From Blastocystis sp. subtype 4 (taxonomy: Eukaryota): 33,072 nucleotides of DNA. Shown one piece after another: positions 11,140 to 22,465 of the stretch. The position numbers were made by a program, and so were the translations under genes. The stretch spans positions 1 to 33,072 of the forward strand of contig NW_014569349.1 of assembly GCF_000743755.1 (NCBI RefSeq). Reading direction: 5' to 3'. Within the stretch, counting starts at the first letter, position 1, and each line of letters starts with the position of its first letter. Under the pieces are notes generated by a model that did no database searches, was not told the origin of the DNA, and was given only the letters and a program-made list of their open reading frames with translations.

Positions 11140-12815
11140 TTACAATTCAGCATCTTCAATCTCCGCTTCTTTCATATCTATTTCTCACTTCTCTACAAAG
11201 AATCCTCACCCTCCATCCGATCTGTTAAGAATTCCAAGAAAGCTTGCTTGGTATGCTTGATCTGAACTTCTTCAGGAGTCTATTCATCATATTAATCTAA
11301 CAATACTCACATTCACGTCTGCTCCTTTTGCAAACCATTTCAACGATGGGTTCTTGTGATGATTGAATCGTTTCTATTCTTCACTTGTTAAGCTATCACT
11401 TACAGCAATAAAATTGTATTTGTCAGCATTCAACGATGCAAAGACCACTCCAGGAACACCATGATTTGCTGCTTCATTCTGGATGTTAAGTGATCACTAT
11501 CTCATGATTATCAAGGATATGTATTCCTTCTTGAATTCTTCACAAGTCTCACAATCCTTCTTAAAGAAGACACACAAAACATTTCTCTTTCCATTCACAA
11601 TCTTATCAAAGTTGTCTCCATTCAATGATACCAGACCTGAGAAATCATATTTCATGAATGAGTTGATGATGTTCAAATAGGTCTTATTGATGGGATATTT
11701 CTTATGGAACACACCCATTTCACGAATACTCTTCATTCGCTTGCTTCGTTCTTCTTTCAAAAATGATTTTCCCTTTTCGACCACATTCTTCATTACATGC
11801 AAATACAGTTTTGCATTCTTGTAATCTTTCATATGACTTTTTACATCATCAATTACAGACATCTTCATAGTTGAATCTCCCTAAAATGTATATCTACAAT
11901 CAATTCTACATTCATAAACCGATCTAATTGGCGAGTAATATTTCGCTCCAATCCAAATCGATCTGAAATCCTTCCATCGATCTCACGCTTACAACCGATT
12001 AATCCATTGAAGTAATCCAACATTGCTGTATCTCCTTGTACTGTTGGCTGTTTGTCAGTGTAAGGTTTCCCGATAGGATAATACAAAAAGTGTGGTAATG
12101 TTGACATATTGAATTGAGAACAGAAATGACGATATCGGTCACTATCAATCTTACCGAACTGAACAGGTTCAGACTAGGATCATACGAAACAACAACAACT
12201 ACGTCAAAGGCAACAAGAATTCGTTCGAGATCATTATATTGGTTTTGACAAGAGATACAGCGAGGTGCGTAAACTTCAATTATAGAGTTCTTTTTAGGGT
12301 TATGAACGAATTTGGTGAATGTCTTATCAGTTAATTCTGTCCAACGAGAAGGTTTCATTTTCACATTTAGTTCTTTGGCAACCCATTTCAAATCGAATTG
12401 TTTGTCAGGACTCTCCAAACAGACTCCAGTGTGAGCCTTATATAATCGGAATTCGGGAAGTTCAGCCTCAGTATTGACGTCACAAGATCCAAAATGGCCT
12501 TCAGCTTCGGCAGTATTCATGGTTGCAATGACAATCTATCCATAACTTCGTTACAATGTCATTACATCAACACCTCGAAATGCATGAAGTGCTTGAACCA
12601 AAGGATAGTAATAATCTTGGCAACGCTTACAACTCTCCGAAACAAAGCCAACTAAGAGATGCTGGTTCGATTCATCTGATGATAGTCGCATGAACTCGTC
12701 CAAATTCAGATTTCCGAGAGAACTATCCATCAGAATCCATTTATCCTCCATACTCTACATAATATTCAGAAGTTGCAATAGCGAATAAGAATAGTACAGA
12801 AAGGATCCAATTCAT
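11140..12815 (-). CDS. Secreted/ER multi-thioredoxin PDI-like protein
   Basis: Signal peptide MNWILSVLFLFAIA; three Trx-like folds with CKRC, CISC and CETC; ERp29-C-like helical segment (YLHVMKNVVEKGKSFLKEERSKR); ends DAEL*. Confidence 0.8.
11479..11520 (-). other. U12-type AT-AG intron (42 nt)
   Basis: ATATCCTT donor, CACTTAAC branch, then ATCCAG. Gives CEEFKKEY|NEAA, matching PDI CKxLAPEYxKAA spacing. Confidence 0.75.
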
Positions 12816-12924
12816 AGTTGTTAATGAGATAATTGAGAGAGTCAAAACATGCAGTATTTTTGGCTTCTAGAAGAAGTGTCTCTCATTTTGTTTCCATAAT
12901 CCTGTGAGTTGGATTCTCGATATC

Positions 12925-14171
12925 ATGCAACCTATCCATGCCCCACTCCGAACCAATGCTCCACTCTCTCCTCTATTGCATTATTTTAATACACTACTGA
13001 ATTTTATTCCATCTGTAGTATATTTCATTCTTCTTATTGTGTATTGTCACTTCGATTTGTCTCAGAAAGCCATCTTTTGGATCTTTGTATATATGAGTTG
13101 GAGCTATAACGTCTAGATTCGTGTAATTATTGGATTTATTCATGGCATTTTCTTGTTCTTCTTTATTCGCTATTACTTTTTGTGGAAACGAACCAAAAAG
13201 TATTGGTGAAATCGATTTCTTAAGAGTAGACATCGATCAAGTCTAACTACTCTTCTTAGTATCTTGTATATCTTTGTTCTTGCTATTGAGTTCTCTTGGA
13301 TGATTGTGGGCTCAGTTTTCTCTAGTCGATACATATCTGAAGTACATCTGAAGAACTTTTCCATTTTTTCTCGAACATATTTGATTTTGTGTTGGTTAGA
13401 ATTGGCATTTCTTCCAGGATTGTTTTTAGCATGTATAATTAAGAATCTAAGTGATTATCAGTTTTGATTGTTCAGTTGCGTCGTTATCGTCGTCAGCGGC
13501 GTTACTTGGGTGAACATGATCAGCCTCGTCGTGAAGTGGATCCAGAAGCTGCCTTCAAAACAGGAGGTTGTTGTTCATGTTGTGTTGAGGAAGATGAAGA
13601 TCGCTGTTGCTGTTGTCGTTGTGCCTGTTGTGAGCCAGAAGGGATTATGGCTTCGTATATCTTAGGTGAGGAGATGGAGGGAATGGAGATGGAGGAAGAG
13701 ATAGGGGAGGAAAAGGAGAGAGGGTGTTGTTGTTGTGGGAAGAGCAAAGAAGATGGGATTTCAGCTCCACAGACAGAGCCAGTACCTTTGGAGCAAGTGC
13801 AGCCATCTGTACCACAGTCAGTCCACCAGCTTCAACCAGCTCAGCAACCCGTTCAACGCTCAGCCCAACAGCCTCAACCAGTTCAACAGGCAGCTCAACT
13901 CCCATCACACTCACCTACTCCAATTCAACTTGGATCCCAACAACCTCTATCAAATCAACACCCTATCGTCATTCTACCTTCAACATTACAGCCTGTACAA
14001 TCAACATCATCCATACCACAACAATCACAGCCACTTCATCCAACACCAACATCTCCTCCAATAACACAGATTCCAGGTATACAAATGCTTCATAACGTTC
14101 ATTTAATTGAAGCAGTTGCAGAGGATGGAAGCGGAAAGAAAGTATATATTGCCGTACCCAATGTACAATAG
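12925..14171 (+). CDS. Hypothetical multi-pass membrane protein with Cys-string and Q/P-rich cytosolic tail
   Basis: Four exons join in frame through 29-30 nt GT-AG introns; about 4 hydrophobic helices, CCSCC/CCCCRCACC clusters and a Q/P/S low-complexity tail. Confidence 0.7.
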
Positions 14172-14237
14172 TATTAATCTCTCTTTGTTGCCAACACGAA
14201 AAGAAGAGATACGGTTTCTTATGAATCACCAGAAAAC

Positions 14238-15552
14238 ATGTGTCCAAGCCCATTTAGCATCTTTTCTTGCTTATCAGGAGTTCTTTGTGGACTTTGGGGT
14301 AACAAAGGAAAGAAAATGTCAAACTACAATTATTTCGCCGTCTATTTGCTGTCTGTCGTCTTTTGTATTGTTATTCAGTATCTACCATCGGATAATTCTG
14401 TATTCGATAAGTAGAAGATCAACTGTAGATTGTTGATACAAATCTGGATAAGATGTTCAAAAGACATGGGATCGAGATTATTTACCGAGTCTCATTGACC
14501 ATGGTAGCATCTTTTGGTTTCATGTTATTATGTACACTCTTTTGGCCAGTTGTTCATCACCTATTCCTTCTTATTTTCCTTCTTGTTGTCGGAATCTTCG
14601 CCTATATCTTCGTTTGGTGTGTCCAGTCTAGTGTATTCATAAGAGTGTTCCGCAATATCGCTCGTGTTGCATCATTTTTCTATCTTGTCCTCCAAACAAT
14701 GTCACTGGTGGACATGGCATTCACGTTCCATGATTGGCTGTTGATGAAGATCGATGAAACGAATGTAACTCTCTTCGTCTATTATTATCCATAGGATCGA
14801 TACAGATATACAGATAAAACCTGTTGTTGCGCTAATCAGTACAAATCGATGTACATCACACTTTGCCTTCTCTTCTTCATTGTTTCCATCGGTTTTTGTA
14901 TTTCATTGTATCCTTTATTCGTTTCATTCACTCTCAGCTATTTCATCTTCTCAGTCCCAGGACACATCTCTACTTTCAATATCGTTACCATCACTATTAC
15001 TCTTCTCATGGGCATTGTGTATCGATTCTTCCTCCCTCTCATCTAGATGTTGTGGCATCTCCATGTCAGAGAAGATCAATCGAGGTTTCTTGCCTGCTTC
15101 TACCTTCTTCCTTATCATCGTCTTCTACTTATTCCTCTCTCTTTTGGCCAATCCTGATTCCAACAGCAATCCGTTCAAATCCTATTCCAATTACCTCATT
15201 ACCATCATTAACGTTCTTCTTCTCGTCGTTGCTGGCTACTGGATAGCCCATCGAATCCATTCAGAATCTCCTGAAGAAGTGAAGTCGGACGTAGAAGATT
15301 CAGTGCTTCAGGTTCCAGAAGAAGATGGATTCGAACCAGCGACCTTTCACTTGTGCATGGTATTATCATCCTTCTATCTGGCAATGTTGGCATCTGCATG
15401 GTACAATGGAGACTTCACCATTCGGCCGAGTGTTGTTGTTAATTACACAAGTTCGTTTACAAAGTGGATGTTCACTACATCTATCTGGGGAGGGTTTGCT
15501 ACTTTTTTGTATGTTCTCCTTGTTCCGTTATTGAATACATCTCGGAATTTCT
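14238..15552 (+). CDS. Serine incorporator (SERINC/TMS1) family membrane protein; stop created by poly(A)
   Basis: YRVSL, RVASFFYLVLQTMSLVDMAFTFHD, RGFLPAS, FHLCMVLSSFYLAMLASAW and terminal LVPLLNTSRNF. T15552 lies 5 nt before TGTTTCTT. Confidence 0.85.
14908..14937 (+). other. Candidate U12-type GT-AG intron (30 nt, in frame)
   Basis: GTATCCTTT donor, TCATTCAC branch-like motif, CAG end. Length is 3n with no stop, so the reading frame does not force it. Confidence 0.55.
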
Positions 15553-15635
15553 TTCTTGTTTCTTTTGATGAAATAACCGCGGTTGTGTACGATTCTCATT
15601 TTTCCATTAGAAACGAATTGGAAGGTGGACAAGTG

Positions 15636-16535
15636 ATGATGACGAAGAAAGGGGAGAGTTACAACGTCATGATGTTTGTAGATCTCCTGAATAGCCTCAA
15701 TATTGGGACTAGTCATTTTGATATTCATTGCAGTTACGAATACTTTAACAACCATTCACAAGTGTGTTCATCCCTTTCAGAGAAGTTTCAACAGTATGAG
15801 TTTGTTCTCTTGACACTGCGAGAAATTGTCAGGGCCGAATGGCATACGATGATTTCTCCAGTCTATTTGAAAGAATTGGCTAACTATATAGCGAACTGTG
15901 AAGTGGAGAAGAATTGGTGTATTATTCTAGAGAACACCTATTGGTTTCCAGTTGTTGAATATTATATGAAGACGATGAAATTTGAATTGGTCCAGTTTAA
16001 TGTGAATGATTGTATGTATCTTCTAAAGGTAAGGTGCATGAACTTTCGAGAGTTGGATGTGAGTAGTACTATTGATATTATCGAATATTTCTTTTCAGGG
16101 TGTTTTGATCGTACTATCACGATATGCCCCCAAATCAAGTGGAAATTCTGTGGTAATCCTTACATGAGTGTTACATGGATTATTGGTCTCCCAAAGTACT
16201 TAAAGGACAATTTCACTGGATATCGACGTAGACTGTTAAATGAATGTTGGAACGATTTTTATGATGGATCTGAATGGAAAACAAAGCAATCAAAGAAAAA
16301 AGGATTGATGGATTACATGAAGAAGTTAACAGGCTACAAGTCCGAGAATGATGGAAATGCATTCAATCGGTTTGTTTCGCGAACTAGTTCATTGTTTGAA
16401 GTTGATGATACTGTATTTGCCAAATTCCATGATGACAAAGATGTTCACATCCGGAGACGATTGTTCTCATTGTCAACTATTATTTGTATTGTTATTGTTG
16501 CCCTCATTGTTCGATGGTGGTATCGTCACCATTAA
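15636..16535 (+). CDS. Hypothetical protein with C-terminal TM anchor (start uncertain)
   Basis: Open frame continues past the SERINC end; first ATG at 15636; terminal LFSLSTIICIVIVALIVRWWYRHH*. Confidence 0.6.
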   Translation: MMTKKGESYNVMMFVDLLNSLNIGTSHFDIHCSYEYFNNHSQVCSSLSEKFQQYEFVLLTLREIVRAEWHTMISPVYLKELANYIANCEVEKNWCIILENTYWFPVVEYYMKTMKFELVQFNVNDCMYLLKVRCMNFRELDVSSTIDIIEYFFSGCFDRTITICPQIKWKFCGNPYMSVTWIIGLPKYLKDNFTGYRRRLLNECWNDFYDGSEWKTKQSKKKGLMDYMKKLTGYKSENDGNAFNRFVSRTSSLFEVDDTVFAKFHDDKDVHIRRRLFSLSTIICIVIVALIVRWWYRHH

Positions 16536-16612
16536 TAGGGGTTCCTTTAGTTGAGATTTGCGTCCTTCCAAATCCTTTTTTTTTCTTCTCTTGTTTTCCA
16601 CAAACATGATTA

Positions 16613-17629
16613 TCAACCAATACGTCTTCGTTTTTCATCTGGTTCATCTAGAATTGGTGGAGAATGATGTTTTTGAAATCGAATTTGCTCTATCTCTGTC
16701 ATTACACGAATCTCAACAGCATGGTCTTGTCGCATCCATTGTGGATAGGTTGTAAAGAAAAACTTACATCGTTCTGTACACTAATCCATCACATCCATTT
16801 TCCAATCATACAATCTCACTCTCAAACTGAACTATACACGAAGATGGATTCACCCATTCGGTTGCTTCTCCTCCTTTATATACAACGAGAGAATGAATAG
16901 GTCCCATCGCACTAAACAACCTCCATAATTCTTTTGCCGTTGCTCCATCTTTTAAATAGGATGCAACAAGATATGGCATTGATTTGTGTACTTTTTCAGA
17001 TCCTTGTCGCGATGTCTTTGATTTATATTGCGTTTTTTTCCGAAGCCATTCTTGTTTCGGTATCACTGTTAACGAATTTACCCAAGAAGCTTCGTGATGA
17101 CCATTGAGACTTAAGGCATTTTTCGCTCCTTCCACTATCTTATTATCTTCAATAATCAAATTCCAACCTGTTTTGAATTCAACAAAGCCAAAACCTCGAA
17201 ATTGGCCCGTTTGCGCATGACGAGGCAAACTGATATATGAAATCTCTCCACAAGAAGAAAATATCTTTGAAACAGTATCATGATTCCACTGGGATGACAA
17301 ACCCTCAACATAGACTGAGTATTCTGGTCCAATCTCTTTCATTTCAAATGGTACACATCGTCGAACACAAGATTTGTCTGAATTCAGTTCCAATTGAGAC
17401 GAAAGCGTCACAGCTCTCTGAAGATCACTCAATTCTGTTGCAATTTGTTTGACTCTATGTGATAATACTGTTTTATATCTCACTTGTTAAAGGTTTGGAG
17501 AGTTTCGAAGGAGACCCACTGTTCTGGATTTCCATTCATCTTCTCTCTTAAATAAGAATCCTTACACAAGTTGCTATCACTGAAATAGAATTCCAAGAGT
17601 TTTCGAAGTGCTTCGTGCTTGGATTCCAT
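16613..17629 (-). CDS. La-related protein, LARP7-like (La motif + RRM + second divergent RRM)
   Basis: LEFYFSDSNLCKDSYL...WVSFETLQTFNK (La motif); VYVEGL...ISYISLPR...FRGFGFVEF; VIPKQEWLRKKTQY resembles the LARP7 pre-xRRM helix; C-terminal KRRR. Confidence 0.75.
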
Positions 17630-17733
17630 AGTTGTACTATCCAATGAATGATCCGCGACAATATGATAGGAGTCAAACAAAGGATTTTAGTATTAAAGAA
17701 GTAACTGCGATGCCGTCAAAGTGAATTTGTTTT

Positions 17734-18822
17734 ATGAATCAAGCAACTGACAGTTTGGCGAAGCTTGCTAAACTGAACTATTTTAAACATTCTCCAGATC
17801 TGGTTGTTGTGGGAGGTAGATGGTTCTTTCTCTCTTCAATTAAGGAAACGGATTTGTAGGGAGATACATCTGTCGGATTGCTGCTCAATGTGGATTGATT
17901 CCAGTGAGTATTTCGGTCAATCCATTTCCTCCTGTTTATTCTTCGGACGACCCAGAGAATCAGCAATGGGTAACACGTGTATGTGATTGGTATCTGAATT
18001 CAATGTAGACACAGTGGAGACAAGGAAATGCCATCAAACCGGATACATGGGATCCACAAGTAGTTGAAGCGGGTTGCACAGTAGTTTCAGATGATAATTG
18101 TAATTGTAGGCAATGATCTACACAACCCGTCCTTCCTATCGGAATGAAAAGCGTTTATGGGAGTGTAACTACGAAGGAGCACTTCATAGCATTGAGATGG
18201 CCAGAGTAGACATTGTATCATAATGTAATTCGTAGCAAATGAAAGCTAACCGCTTTGTCTACGTCTCAACAAACTTTATGCCTCCAGTTGCTACAAAGGC
18301 TGAGCGAGAAACCAAGAAACGAGCAGAAGAAGCATTGATTGAATACAGCAAAATACGCATTGAAGAGCAGTTGAATGATAGGAATCCCAGTCCACTGCAT
18401 CACCCATTGGACTGAGTATTATCAAGCCTGGATGGGTCTATGGAAATGATCGCATTTCAACTTCTCTGATCGGTTTGACATTACACTACTTGTTAGATCC
18501 CCATGGCACAAACAAGGTTGAATTCTTGTGTCTCCTTGATCATAGCCTTCACGAAATCTGAGTTCGATTAGTGTGAAAACTTTAGCTATGGCTGCAGTAT
18601 GCCAAGCATTAGATCCAGAATTACCGTAGGATTGATAGGAGGGAGTTAAGTGTAGTTCGATTATGAAATTGTACAATAACCAATTACAGATTTATAGTGA
18701 TCCTCAAGCTAAAGTGTGGCTTGAGGATATGGCAAAACGTATTGTAAGAGAAGAATTGTGAGATGATGTATAGTTTAACCTTAAACAGGCATCACGATCC
18801 TTGTATGACTATGAAGCCTTTT
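17734..18822 (+). CDS. Atypical SDR / NAD(P)-binding epimerase, COQ11-like, multi-exon; stop created by poly(A); not in ORF track
   Basis: Spliced LVVVGG|NGFVGRYICRIAA, WRQGNA, NYEGA, RFVYVS, TKKRAEEAL and IIKPGWVYG. Confidence 0.75.
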
Positions 18823-18948
18823 GTTTTGTTTGTTACTGATTCATGATTCTCTTCTCGAATGACAAATGTCGATTGAACCACCTCTCGTTTTCAAGAACAA
18901 GAAGTCATTTTAGCAACTGTTTCATCAACAAACAAACTACTAAACCAC

Positions 18949-20611
18949 TTACTCCGTCATACTCTTCGTTCGTTTGTAAATCATATTAAAGTATCTTCTT
19001 CCCGTTAACAAGGCTCGTTCCTCAATTGATATGGATTTCGCTAATGCATTCATTGCTGCCTGAGTTACAGAGAAAGGATTTGTATTCCCATAAACCTTGC
19101 AAATAGCATCTTGAACACCCAGAGAATTCAATAATCCATATAACAGATCACTTCCTTTAATTCCATGACCTCGACGAGCTGAATGATCATTCATTTGCAA
19201 TCCCTACCAGGCAGAATCTTAACACGTGTCTGATTGAATTTTCCCATTAGTGGAGCAAATAGTGTTCGATCCTCATATAGTTCAATGAAGAGTCGATGAT
19301 TAACTGACATAGCATCAGCCTTCATCACAGCATCAGGTGACTTCTCACTGCGAGCATATCCCACAGCTAATCCTCCTTTTTCTGTACCTGAGCACACTAA
19401 AGCAGATGCCAATCGTCTTGTCATGTTTGCCTTTTTCTATTCATCATATCACACTTCCTCCTTCACCTTATCCACATTCCGAATCTTGAGTGTATATCCA
19501 GTCTCAAAGGGTCTCTACACATCAAATCTCTCCTCTGAAATTACTGTCATTCCCTGATTCTGTTTTTTCTCTCCACGATACTGCTGCACCAACTGACCTG
19601 CAATTCATCTCTTCCAATCATCCTTACGGAACTCAGTCACATCAAAGGTTTCATTCTCGATTGTAGTTCCTTCTGATACCTCAGATTGGGATTCCATTGG
19701 CTGAGCTCGCTTCATATTTCTTAGCTTCTTACGCATCAATCGTTTCGCTCCTTCCACGTCCAATGAATCACCATCTTCCTTCTGATGGGTACAATGGAAC
19801 CGATTCGCTTCCAGATCCTCTTCTTCTGTCACACTCATATCAACTGCCTTCTCAATCTCCTCCAGAGATTTCTCCTTTGATAGGATAGGTTCCAACAGCT
19901 TATTTGTTAGAGAAGTGATTCGAGGATCCAGGTCTTGAACGATACGAGGATCCAGTCCGTTCTCTTCCAGATACAATTTGGCTTTAGCTTTGGAATTGGG
20001 AGCATCAGTTGAACCAGTCAATGCCACATTCTTCCAGTCTCGATATGTCCACACATCCACTTCATGATCCTCCGGAATATCCTTGGGACGACGCACAGGA
20101 GCTAAGGGCACCTACGAGTCATTTAGGATCATCAAAAATACCAAATCTGTATCCCAAATCTCAGGAAGATTCATCTTCTTTGCAAATAACTACAGTTCAA
20201 CTCCAATCAGAGCAACCAACATATTCCATACGTGTTGTAGGGGGAAGATTCTTCACACATCGTTTCTACTAATAAAACCACACTCAAATCGATACATAGT
20301 AGTCTTGGAGTCGATCTGCAATCTCGGGGTTCTTTTTTATTTGATTTGGAAGCCAGTTCATCGGAGTATATTTGTACTACTAATAAATTGCACAACAAAT
20401 GCGGTACAGGTGAATTCACCTTCATAGCATCCTCCAATTCACTCTTTGCTCCTTCCACCGTCACATCGTAAAAATACTTGTTTACCAATTCCTGATCGCG
20501 AGGAGAAGGATATTGCGGTTGATTCACTTTACTGATGTGTCTGATACACACTACGAATCGTTTCGAAGGTAATAAGGCCCTCCGTGAAAGCGAAGTGCCA
20601 CACCGAAGCAT
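18949..20611 (-). CDS. MRPS5: Mitochondrial (MRO) ribosomal protein uS5m with long N-terminal extension
   Basis: SALVCSGTEKGGLAVGYAR, LYEDRTLF, KILP|ARRGHGI, LGVQDAICKVYGNTNP; Arg/Ser-rich presequence MLRCGTSLSRRALL. Confidence 0.8.
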
Positions 20612-20756
20612 GCAGAAAAGAAATGTGATACGGTACATCGATACGAGGACAACAACAAAGGATGAACTCCAGCAATGATAAATCAATTCCGATAATGACA
20701 TGCTAATTCCAACAAACACAACAACCTCCACAACTGGATTTCATCAAGACAACTGT

Positions 20757-21082
20757 TTACATATCCTTGCACAGCTCGCACATGGCAGCGTCAGACTCAC
20801 CCTACAACTCAACAACAAAAGTCACAAACTACCTTGGAGCGGACATATCCACTGATGGAAACAGTGTCAACCTCACCAGTAGCAACACCAGTCTTGGGGT
20901 CCAGACGAGCAACGTTGATCTAAGCAATTACTTCTTCTCTCTTCAAACCAACCATGACAGAAGCATGATCGCGAGAGTCAATCACACGGTGGGTCCAGTC
21001 GCTAGAATAACAGCTAGAAACGACCATCCTACCATCTGCGGGGCATGTAAAGCTCAACGTAATTTCCGTTCTCGTTCTGCAT
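20757..21082 (-). CDS. RPS21: 40S ribosomal protein eS21, 4 exons; not in ORF track
   Basis: Spliced MQNENGNYVELYMPRRCDWTHRVIDSRDHASVMINVARLDPKTG...ISGYVRSKGESDAAM...DM*. Confidence 0.95.
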
Positions 21083-21573
21083 ATTAAACACGTAAAGAAG
21101 GGTGTGGAGAGTTTCTTTCTGAGAGTCACTGCTGAATTCGATTGATGTGAAAATACATTCAGAGATACTGAGACAGCACGACGAAATTCTATCGTGGACT
21201 TGATGAAACGCCCTCCTAGTGAAGTTGCGTAATCTCGCCAAATACAAACGGATTCATTTCTTGTAAGTCACGAATCATTCTGTTAGGAGATTGTACGTTC
21301 ATTACAATACCAAAAGGAAGAATACTGACATGCACACAATTATGGGATAGTACTTATGGTGGATTCCTATCACTTTGAGAAGTGCATCCCTTATGGTTAA
21401 CAATCACGCAATACAAATAATCGGATCCATGAAGTAAAATAGTTGGCTTGTAAATGAAACAATAATAGAGAAATAGGGACATTATTTGATAGAAGGGTCC
21501 TATAACATTGACACAAATAGGGACTACTTTTGCATATCTTCCTCAACACAGATTTATATCACTACAAGGAAGT

Positions 21574-22348
<775 letters not shown>

Positions 22349-22465
22349 CTAATGGTATTCGCTATACTAGTTGCATCCATTATTGTGTTTCTTGTTTGTT
22401 CCAGATGTTCAGTGTGAGGGATTTCGGGTTAATAATCAAATGGCAATAAGAGAATCAGTTGGAAA

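Noticed and set aside
13468..14253. Several overlapping ORFs in multiple frames
   Set aside because: By-product of the low-complexity Cys- and Q/P-rich exon.
20504..20513. ATATCCTTCT U12-like donor in MRPS5 (minus strand)
   Set aside because: Frame is open (QYPSPRDQ) and no branch motif or acceptor lies at the expected spacing.
20767..21087. 106-aa plus-strand ORF
   Set aside because: Antisense shadow of the spliced RPS21 gene.
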